From the human T2T-CHM13v2.0 reference genome, Homo sapiens, in assembly GCF_009914755.1 (NCBI RefSeq), contig NC_060926.1: DNA of 64,000 nt; one strand, written 5' to 3'. Numbering within the stretch: position 1 is the first letter of the stretch; every line of letters starts with the position of its first letter. The position numbers were made by a program, and so were the translations under genes. Positions 45,483 through 55,900 of the stretch are shown piece after piece. The notes under the pieces are model-generated. The model did not search any database and had not been told where the DNA came from. It saw only the letters and a list, made by a program, of their open reading frames with translations.

Positions 45483-45999
45483 AGTTCACCCCTAGTCAAC
45501 TTGAACCCATACACATCTCCTGAGATCATACATAATCTCCAAATAAAGACAATCATAAGGTCATATTTACATCTAACATAATACAACTATCCTTTGCACA
45601 ACTGGAAACGCACCAATCCCCAACCCAAATACTATTACATAAAGTTAACAATACTTAAATGTTGATATGAAGTCAATAAATCTTATGTCACATGATAAAA
45701 GAAAAAGAATTAAAATGAATATATTTTCTTAGTACAAGTGTATACAAACACAAACATGTTTTTAGCAAAAGAATGAGGAAATATTCATGACAATTACAGT
45801 CCTGGTTTCTGCAGCTGGTCATGTGGTCATAGCTGGTATAGATGACTACCTTCTTCTACTACCTATTCTGTATTCCCTTTGCCTTTAACAAACACCTCAG
45901 CAGGTTTTGTTATTTTTCCTGGTGGAGTAACCCAAACCTTCATTCCTGAGGGGTCTGGGCCATCTGTAGTCCTGCCTGAATTGAGCTGTTGTAGTTTCC

Positions 46000-46300
46000 C
46001 ATTGACCTTGATCACAGGGCATGGTAATACTAAGACACGCTAATGGATCTCTTGTATTCCATGCACACTTTCCCATACCTCCATTGTGGAGTAGTAGACT
46101 GATTTCATCTTAGTAGTCCGGGTCAATCACCCTAGCCAACACAGTAACTCCCTTCTTAGCCTGTTGACTTAAAGGTAGGAGGATCCCAAAGTGTCCAGGT
46201 GGCGATCTTAACTTCCAGTTTAATGGAATTGTTCTTGTGTCTCCTGGTGGCACTGTTCCTCCCTCTGGAACTAAGACCTCTAGCAGCAGAATGTAATGTC
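46000..46300 (-). pseudogene. HERV-L dUTPase-like remnant downstream of integrase
   Basis: Minus-strand reading of ~46120-46285 gives LEVLVPEGGTVPPGDTRTIPLNWKLRSPPGHFGILLPLSQQAKKGVTVLARVIDPDY. A dUTPase after IN is characteristic of ERV-L. Confidence 0.75.
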
Positions 46301-49290
46301 ATGGGAACAGGAAGCAAAAATTTTGAGGGGTGATGGTAAGTGATGCCATTTCCATTTTCACCCCGTGATTCCTGGACCTGTGAATCTTGGCTATGGGAGA
46401 AACAGTACCATATATTGGATGCTGATGCAGAGCATACATGGCCTTCTGGAGAACTTTGCCCCAGCCCTGCAAAGTATTGTCTCCTAGTTGGCGTTGTAAT
46501 TGTGACTTCAAAAGGCCATTCTACCATTCTATCAATCCAGCTGCTTCAAGATGATGGGGAACATAGTAAGACCAGTGAATTCCATGAGCATGAGCCCACT
46601 GCTACACTTCTTTAGCTGTAACATGAGTGCCTTGGTCAGAGCCAATGCTATGTGGAATACCATGACTGTGGATAAGGCATTCTGTGAGTCCACGGATGGT
46701 AGTCTTGGCAGAAGCATTGCATTCAGGACAGGCTAACCCATATCTGGAGTGTCTGTTTCAGTGAGGACAAATTTCTGCCCTTTCCATGATGGGAAGAGGT
46801 GCAATATAATCAACCTGCTACCAGGTAGCTGGCTAATCACCCCAAAGAATGGTGCCATGTAGAGGGCTCAGTGTTCATCTCTGCTGCTGGCAAATTGGGC
46901 ACTCAGCAGTGGCTATAGCCATGTCAGCCTTGGTGAATGGAAGTCCATGTTGCTGAACCCATGCGTAACTTCCATCCCTGCCACCATGGCCAGTTTGTTC
47001 ATGGGCCCATTGGGCAATGACAGGGATGGCTGGGGAAAGAGTCTGAGTGGAGTCCACAGAATGAGTCATCCTATCCACTTGATTATTAAACTTCTCCTCT
47101 GCTGAGGTCACCCATTGGTGAGCACTCACATTGGATACAAATATCTTCACAGTTTTTGAACACTCAGAGAGGTCCATCCACATACCTCTTCCCCAAATTT
47201 CTTTGTCACCAATTTTCCAATCATGTTTCTTCCAAATTCCTGACCATCCAGCCAAACCTTTGGCTATGGCCCATGAATCAGTATGTAATCACACATCTGA
47301 CCATTTCTCCTTTCATGCAAAGTGCACAACCAGGTGTACTGCTTGAAGTTCTGCCCACTGGGAAGATTTCCCTTCACTGCTGTCCTTCAGGGATGTCCTA
47401 GAAAGGGGCTGTAGTGCTACAGCTGTCCACTTTTGGGTGGTGCCTGCATATCATGCAGAACCATCTGTGAACCAGGCCTTAGTCTTCTCTTCCTCTGTCA
47501 ACTGATCCTAGGGAACTCCTTATGAGGCCATCGGTGCAGGCTCGGGGAGAGAAGGCAGGGTGGCAGGAGTAAAGACCGTGGACATTTGAGCCACTTCCTC
47601 ATGTAACTCACTTGTGCCTTCAGGACCTGCTCGAGCCTGATCACGTATATGTCAGTTCCAATTGATGATGGAATGTTGCTGTGCATGACCCACTTTATGG
47701 CTAGATGGGTCAGAAATCACTCAGGCCATGGTAGGCAGTTAAGGTCACATGGTGACTCAATGACCCATAGTCAAACATTCAGTTTCCACCAAAGCCCAGT
47801 AACAGGCCAAGTGCTGTCTCTCAAAAGGAGAGTAGCTATCTGCAGGAGATGACAGGGCCTTGATCCAAAATCCTAGAGGCTTCCACTGTGATTCGCCTAT
47901 GGAGCTTCCCAAAGGCTAACACCTCAAGCACCACTGGATCTGATGGGTCATATGGCCCAAGTGGCAGAGCAGCTTGCACAGCAGCCTGGACCTGTTGCAG
48001 AGCCTTCTGCTGTTCTGGACCCCACTCAAAACTGTCAGGCTTTCAGGTCACTTAATAAATGGGCCAGAATAACACACCCAAATGAGGAATGTGTTGCCTC
48101 CAAAATCCAAATAGGCCCACAAGATGTTGTGCCTCTTTTTTGGTTGTAGGAGGGGCCAAATGCTGCAACTTATCCTTTATCTTAGAAGGAATATCTTGAC
48201 AGGCCTCACACCACTGGACTCCAAGAAATTTTACTGAGGTAGAAGTTCCCTGAATTTTAGTCAAATTTACTTCCCATCCTTTGGCACATAAATGTCTTAC
48301 CAATAAGTCCAGTGTGTTTGCTGCTTCTTGCTCACTGGATCCAATCAGCATGATGTCATCAATATAATGGACCAGTGTGATATCTTGCAGAAGTAAAAAG
48401 TGATCAAGCTATCTCTGAATAATATTATGACACAAAGCCGGATAGTATATCAGTATGTCCCCTGATGTAGGACAGTAAAGGTATATTGCTGGCCTTACCA
48501 GCTGAAGGCAAATTGCTTCAGGTGGGCCTTATGGACAGGAATGGAGAAAAAGGCATTTGCCAAGTCAATGGCTGCATACAAGTTACCAGGAGATGTGTTA
48601 ACTTACTCAAGCAATGAAACCACATCTGGTACAGCAGCTGTAATTGGAGTCACCACTTGGTTAAGCTTACAATAATCCACTGTCATTCTCCAAGCTCCAT
48701 CTGTCTTCTGCACAGGCCAAATGGGAGAGCTGAATGAGGATGTGGTGGGAATCGCCACCCCTGCATCTTTTAAGTCCTTGATGGTGGCAGTAATCTCCAC
48801 AATCCCTCCAGGGATGTGGTATTCTTTTTGATTTGCAATTTTTCTAGGTGATGGCAGCTCCAATGGCTTCCATTTGGCCTTTCCCACAACAGTAGCCCTC
48901 ACCCTACCAGTCAGGGAGCCAATGCAGGGGTTCTGCCAGCTGCTAAATATGTCTATACCAATTATGCATTCTGACACTGAGAAAATGACCACAGGATGAG
49001 TCCGGGGACCCACTGGGCCCACCGTAAGTCAAATCTGAGCTAAAACTCCATTAATTACCTGACCTCCATAAGCTCCTACTTAAACTGGAGAACCACAATG
49101 ACAGTTTGGGTCCCCTGGAGTCAACGTCAGCTCAGAGCCAGTGTCCAGTAGTCCCTGAAATGTCTGATCATTTCCCTTTCCCCAGTGCACAGTTACCCTG
49201 GTAAAAGGCTGGAGGTCTCCTTGAGAAAGGATGAGAGAAAGATTCATTGCACAAACTGTCAGTAATGTATTGGGGTCCTTCATCAAGGGG
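46300..49290 (-). pseudogene. HERV-L pro-pol (protease, RT, RNase H, integrase), frameshifted
   Basis: Protease LLDTGSELT (ORF 49080-49286). RT WRMTVDYCKLNQ, with LVHYIDDIM at ~48349-48375. RNase H WFTDGSA at ~47455-47478. Integrase zinc finger HEQTGHGGRDG...CPICQQQR (ORF 46875-47255). Confidence 0.92.
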
Positions 49291-49299
49291 ACCCGGCCT

Positions 49300-51006
49300 G
49301 TAAACTGGGTCTGTAAACTGGCTCAAGTATGCAAATTGATTGAGGGGCCATGATTCTCTGTTTTCATAATTCAGATTAGTATTTTGTCCATTTGACCTAG
49401 AAGTTTTCCATTTGTATAATGTAAGTAGGAATGTGGTAGGCTTCCTATCAATTTCACTTCTAGGAACACCGTGATTATTTAGCTGATGCCAGAGCTCTAC
49501 ACAAGTCAGACTATTCTTATTGCCGCTTTGACTCTGCTGTCCATTACGGTAGCTATGGCCACCTTGCCTTTGACTGTTTAGTGCTGCCACGTGGCCCCTG
49601 CCACCTCAGGATCCAATTATTCCAATCGTATTTAAATTTTGTAGCTGAGTGACTGCAGTTCCCACAGTTAGATCTGACATACAGAGAAAAGCAATACAGG
49701 GCTCTTCAAAGATGCAGTTGCTGCCCTCAAAAATCTATTTCTCAAGGAATTGGTCAAGAGTATATCTTCTGGACCCTCCCAGTTGGGATGAGTAGGTCTA
49801 AAGTGACTAATGCACTCCACCATCCCAATCTCTCTAAGCCTCTGGATCCCTTCCTCTACATTAAACCAAGGGAGATCAAGCGTTTCCAGCTCACTCACAG
49901 TGGGCCATCTTTTAATCGATATTTCAGCTAACCAAGCAAATAAACTATTAGAACTTTTTTTTAACTCCCCAAGCTGCAACATTAAATGCAGAGTCCCTAC
50001 TTAGTGGGCCCAAATCAATAAATTCAGCCTGATCCAACTCATGTTCCTTCCACCATTATCCCACACCCTTAATATCCATTCCCATGCCTGTGCTCCAGAT
50101 TGCAGTTTACATAAATTAGAGAACTCAAACAGTTCTTTTCGAATGTAGTGCACCTCCTCATGGGTCACACTCTGCACCTCACCTCTAGGGGCCCACCAAG
50201 CCTTTAGTCTAGTTATAGGCCTAGAAGCAAACAGAGGTGTTGGGGGTGGCTTCTGAGGAGAATCAACATTATTTTGCCTGGCAACTGCCTCAGGCAGCGC
50301 AGGGTTTATCTCTTCAGACAAAGGTGGAAAGGCTGATAGCAGCATGGGTGGGGGAGAGGACGTTGCCACTACTGGGGATGGGGAAGCTGTTACTTCTGGC
50401 CAAAAATGTTCATCAGAGTTTATTAACTCAGTGTCCCCAGCTTCATCAGGGTCCTCCCACATGTCCCCATTCCAAGTTGCAGGGTCCCATTCTTTTCCAA
50501 TCAATGCCCTCATTCTAACAGTAGACACCTGGTGAGGCTGTGCATGCATCTTTCATTGCAGGTCAGCCACTAGTATAAGAACTTGTGTCTGTTTTTCCAC
50601 AATTTCAGCTCTTTCTCTATAGAAGTTCAGACTTTCGCTCAGGGCAGTCTTAGCAGATTTGAGGCTCAGTATCTGCTTCTGAAGCCGGGAGACAGAATCC
50701 CTGAGTTCATCATTTTTTTCATCACTTTGTCCCCGAACTTAGGGGCAACCAACCAGCTTCAATATGTTCCTTGTTTCTCCACATATGGTCAAAGGCATTA
50801 TGTATAGGGTTACTAAACTACTGGCCTCTCACGAGTGAAGAATCAGGAGTGTCAAATGCATTTATTTTGCATAACTCTCTAAACAGTTCATGCCAAGGAC
50901 TATCAGTGTTCTCCATACTATTAGAAGTAGATTCCTTAGCATTTTGGGGTCTAATCATCTTAAGCAGCCAACTCCAGAAACCCCAAAACAAATGAAGGAA
51001 CTCCAT
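49300..51006 (-). pseudogene. HERV-L gag, frameshifted
   Basis: ORF pieces 50818-51006, 50001-50549 (LIGKEWDP; MHR-like QSGAQAWEWILRVWDNGG), 49668-49982 (LPWFNVEEGIQRLREIGM) and 49168-49590 match ERV-L Gag. Confidence 0.88.
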
Positions 51007-51050
51007 CCTTCATATTCTGTTCCTCTAGAACCACTCCTGGTACGAATATC

Positions 51051-51493
51051 TGTGTTAGTCAAGGTTCTCTTAGAGGGACAGAACTAATAGGATCTGTATA
51101 TATATATATAGTGTGGAGCTTATTAAGCATTAGCTTACATGATCACAAGGTCCCACAATAGGCTGTCTGCAAGCTGAGGAGCAAGGAGAGCCAGTCCAAA
51201 TCCCAAAACTGAAGAACTTGGAGTCTGATGTTCCAGGGCAGAAAGCATCCAGCACGGGTGAAAGATGTAGGCTGGGAGGCCAGACCCATCCCTCCTTTTC
51301 ATGTTTTTCTGCCTGCTCTATATTCCCTGGAAGCTGGTTAGATGGTGCCCACTAGATTAAGGGTGGATCTGCCTTCCCCAGCCCACTGACCCAAATGTTA
51401 ATCTCTTTTGGCAACACTCTCATAGACATACCCAGGATTAATACTTTGTATCCTTCAATCCAATCAAGTTGACACTCAGTATTAACCATCACA
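51051..51493 (-). mobile_element. HERV-L 5' LTR (MLT2A1/MLT2A2-like)
   Basis: Minus strand reads TGTGATGGTTAATACTG...CTAACACA. It is followed by a PBS-like TCGTACCAGGAGTGG (reverse complement of 51031-51045), resembling the tRNA-Leu PBS of ERV-L. Confidence 0.9.
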
Positions 51494-53588
51494 CCTCCAA
51501 ATGAGGAAACAGTGTGAACAAAATATTCACCTAAAAGAAGCTGTGATTTGTAAATAAGCAACTGACAGCATATTCGGCCTCTCTGGTAATCAAAGAAAAT
51601 GCTGACACAAATAACTATGTATGTTTCTTTTCTATGGAATTAACTATGATTTTAAGTTTGCTGTTTAATTCTGGCAAGAGACTCTGAGATAAACACTGGT
51701 ACTCTTGATTGGGAAGAAAGTAAAGGTCACAGCCAGAACTTATGAATGTATCAAAAGCTTTAAATGCATTTGTAACCTTTGATTGAGTAATTCTGCTTGT
51801 CAGAATATACCCTAAGGAAAAAATTATGAAATCCAGATATTTATGTTCATATGGTTATCACAGCACTATTCAACCAGCAAAGAAAATGAAACAACCTAGT
51901 AATTAAAATGAGTTAAAGAGCTTTTCTACTTTTACATGAGAAAATGCTCATGACATAATGTTTAGTAGTAAAAGCTCAGCACTTGAAATCACGTATTCAG
52001 TAAAATCTCAAGAGTATAAAGCAAATATTCGTAAATGCATAAAAAAGACTAAAGGTAAATAACCTTAATGTGCTGGAGATTGCAAGCAATTCTTAGGGTT
52101 TAGGTATCTTTTTGGCTTTTTCTTTTTTATTTTTTCTTTTTGCACAAAGAGCATGTGTTACTGTGATGAGGGGCAAAACCTTTCATTAAAGGCCCAAGCA
52201 ACATCTACCTACCACCATCTGTAAGGGCTCACCCAGGAGACAGCAACAGCAGCAGGGGACCGCCAACTCCACTCCCAATAAGGAACTAGCACTGAGGATT
52301 TGGAAGGCAGTTTCCCATGAGCAGTTTCTTCCCTGAAGAGGAAGAGAAAATTCATCTCCAGGACTGGATCATACCATCTCACATCTTGGAGGGCTCTGCA
52401 GCTTGTATCAGCCACAGACAGTCAATGAAGACACAGCTAGAACCGTCCATCCCGGCTGCACTGCAGAGCAAGTTCTTGTCACTGTGCTGAACTTCTGGGT
52501 TCTCATCTTTACAATGGACTCTTGGCAATACTCCGTTTAAGAGTATTTATGGGAACTAGACAAGATAAGAACTGGTTTATTATTGCAAGATATAGCTGAG
52601 TTTTTTTTTTAACTTCATTAATAAATATCCAACACATGAAGACACACTAATAATACATTTCTTGACTTATGTCAGACTGTTACCATATAATTAAATTTTT
52701 CACATAATTATTTTCCCTTCTTAAGAGTCATTTATTTAACATTAGACACTTTCATAGTTAAATTTTCTAAAATATGTCAAATGTTTCCCTGTTAGCTAAT
52801 TTGCTACACACTAAGACACACTATTTACTTTCTTTTTCAAATGACTTGGGGTCCTTACTATGAACAAAGTATGTGTTAGAGGAGGAAGGGGGCCAATATC
52901 TTTAAGTAACTCCAGTGTACTCTCATTGTAATTACCTCTTTAATTATTATCGAATATATTACTCACAACAGCCTAACTTTGCAGATTGCTCCAATTTCCA
53001 GGCTGAGAAAAATGAGGCTCAGAGAAAGAAAGTGAAATGCTGAAGGTTACGCAGCTAGTAGGCAGTAGAGTAACTAACCCAGATTGAGTTCCAAAGCCCT
53101 GTGGTCTTTAATAGCGCAAGGAACTGTCACATCCTCCAGTGATGGCTGGAGCTGAGATTGCTTTAGTTCTGTAACAAATGCTACTTCGTTCTTGTATCTG
53201 ACCTCTGCAGTTTGTGGGGCTTTCAATTTTCACTGTTTAGTTCGTTAGTTTATTAATTTTTGGCTTATTTTCTGTAAGGAATTCTCTGCAACATTTTGAT
53301 GCCTTCAACCTGTCTTACCCTAAGAAATTAAGGAAATCTCTTATGATTACGTCTAAGGCCAGTAGGTTCTAAATGAGTCTGTAAAAGTGACTTCTCTAAG
53401 TGTGCTGCAATGACCTAATGACTTGTCCGTTGTTACCTGGCAGAACTTTCTGCTTCTTTCCAACTTTCCAGCTGCATTTCAGATAATTAAAGTTATTTTC
53501 TCTCAGGACAGAGGAGCGGGACTACTGTTCCACGTAGACGTATGTGTATGTATTACCAAAAAAAAAAGTTAAACTGTTAAAGTAATCA

Positions 53589-53901
<313 letters not shown>

Positions 53902-55074
53902 TTAATCATTACTCATTGCTGTTTATTAAATGCCTTTTCTGTTCCCACTGTGATTCTACAATCACTGCCTCTGTAAAACCCCGGAATGCAGGTGTTCTTG
54001 CCTCCATTTTATAGATGAGGAAATCAAGACTCAGGGCTTCCCCACCAGGCCAAAGGCATTCTGTGAGTAGTTTATTTCAATTCAACATGGCTGTGCTGCA
54101 CATGGCAGTTGGAGTAAAGATCTATCAGCATCGGGGGTTCTTCATGATCTAACTAAAGTGAATCATGAGTGCTTTCCCACTGCGTCAAGAAGGCCTGGAG
54201 TTTGTGCAGCCCGGCTAGAGGTGAGCAAAGCCTCTGTGTTGCAAATCTCCAGGGCGCAGCCTCTCATTGTATTCAATGCAGATGACAGTCCCAAAGGCAC
54301 CGCCCATACATTGTACAGACAGCTGGCCTGGCTCTCCGGATTGTGCAGGATAGGCCTTAATGGCAGAAGGTAGGGGAGAGGTGGGCGTCACAAAAGTGCT
54401 TGGGGAACTATAAAGTAAACAATGAAAAGCAGCACAGGAAGGTTCAGACATCACACAGGAGAAGCACAGGGTGTTCCCCTGGGTGGGGATTTAAAACAAG
54501 GGCCTCAAGTTCCCTGCCCTTGTCTCTGGGCAGAAGGGGCAGATAATGCTATGATACATTTTTTGTAGGTGGTGCCATTTGACTGCATTTAACCAACAAA
54601 GGTATGTATCGAAATCCACGTGGAGATTTTCATGGCAAAAGTAGAGCGAATTCACAAACTGCACTGTGTCTGGCAGCTTCAGACAAAAGCAATGGGAACA
54701 AATCACGACTCTTGTCCAGCAATTCTTCCTGTTTTGGAATGATCTTTGCTCAACAGCCCATCCATGAGTACAGGGCCCCCAAAGGCCAACAAGACAGGGA
54801 CTCTCTCCAGGGACAAATGCCCCGCAGCTGAGAGAGGCCGCCCAGCTATCCAGCGGCCGCGCAGCCAGCCAAGATTTCAACACAGGTCTGCCCTATTTGG
54901 TCACCATCCCCGACAGTGCTGGGCCAGGCCATCATGTCACATTGGGGAGTTTTCCCTGCACTCCAGGGGGAATTCTCAACCACAACCTCTGTATCCGGTA
55001 GTGGCAGATGGAAAGAGAAACGGTTAGAAAAGCGTGGTTCTTGCGCAGGAAAGTTGGAGCAAAGAAGAGTTCAG

Positions 55075-55200
55075 AAGTGGGCGGGTGTGTGTTTAAAAAA
55101 AAAAAAGGGGGTGGAAACCCCACCAGCCAAGTCTGCAGAAAAAAAATAAATGAAGTCTGCCTATCTCCGGGCCAGAGCCCCTCCCCTCGGCCCGCGCGGG
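55075..55200 (+). promoter_or_regulatory. GYPC: TATA-less GYPC proximal promoter motifs: GC box, CACCC/KLF box, GATA site
   Basis: GGGCGG at 55079-55084, GGGGGTGG at 55107-55114, CTATCT (AGATAG on minus) at 55161-55166 and CCCCTCCC at ~55178. This is a typical erythroid membrane-gene promoter set; function is inferred. Confidence 0.65.
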
Positions 55201-55900
55201 AGGAGTGTGACCCAGGTGCCGCTTCCTCTCGCCGCCGAGGGTCAGGAGCCCGGGAGCGCGACCCTCCCCCGGCCCGGCCTGGCCCGGCCTGGCCAGTCCC
55301 CGCGGTCTCTGCCCGGGCTGACGCCCAGGAATGTGGTCGACGAGAAGCCCCAACAGCACGGCGTGGCCTCTCAGCCTCGGTGAGTACCCGCCGTGGGGAA
55401 GGGTCCTGGGGACCCACTGGAGGCCGCGGCCCGCAGCAGCCAGGGGCCGAGCCACGGCCACGGACGCCCTGGTGTCCCGGTCCGTGCCGGGCCTCCAGGC
55501 GGAGGAGGCGTCCGCTGGGCTCAGATCCCCGACTCCAGCCCCGGTTCCCCGGCGCCTGGGCTGCGCGGAGTCCCTGTCCCGCGTCCCGGACCCCTACGCG
55601 CAGCCTCCACGCGCTCCGAGCTGGAGAAGCCGCCAGCCCGCCCTCCCAGGGCGTGTCGCCCGCTTTCTGTTTCTTTGTGCGGGGCATGTGAAATGTGTGG
55701 GGCCAGAATTGTCTCCCTAAAGAACAGTTAGGTGAGAGTTCACATCACAAGTTGCTTCTGTGCTGCTCCCCAGCCAGGGTCCGACCGGCCAGGCTCCGGT
55801 GAACTCCAGGCAACTCCAGCCTTGCCCAGGGACTTGCTCGCTCCGCTGGGCGCCGCAAAGGCACACAGATGCGAGGGAATCCTGCGGCCTGGATCCTTTG
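55165..55900. promoter_or_regulatory. GYPC: CpG island over the GYPC promoter, exon 1 and start of intron 1
   Basis: Abrupt rise in GC and CpG density (e.g. cccgcgcggg, gccgccgagg, ctgcgcggag) compared with the CpG-depleted rest of the window. Confidence 0.9.
55331..55379 (+). CDS. GYPC: Glycophorin C coding exon 1 (residues 1-16 plus the first base of codon 17); later exons lie outside the window
   Basis: ATG at 55331 translates MWSTRSPNSTAWPLSL, identical to the recalled N-terminus of human glycophorin C, including the Asn8 N-S-T sequon. It is followed directly by a phase-1 donor G|GTGAGT (GT at 55380-55381). An in-frame TGA lies upstream at 55319-55321. Confidence 0.97.

Larger units (their letters stand above)
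44967..51493 (-). mobile_element. HERV-L (ERVL) provirus, structurally complete: LTR-PBS-gag-pro-pol-dUTPase-PPT-LTR, no env, ORFs disrupted
   Basis: Two homologous LTRs in direct orientation and a near-perfect 5-bp TSD CCTTC (44962-44966) / CCTCC (51494-51498). Recognisable gag, protease, RT, RNase H, integrase and dUTPase motifs lie on the minus strand. It interrupts an older L1ME-like sequence. Confidence 0.95.

Noticed and set aside
55331-55720. 129-aa ORF, close to the length of glycophorin C
   Set aside because: Only the first 16 residues match GPC. The rest is intron read-through past the donor at 55380, and the similar length is coincidental.
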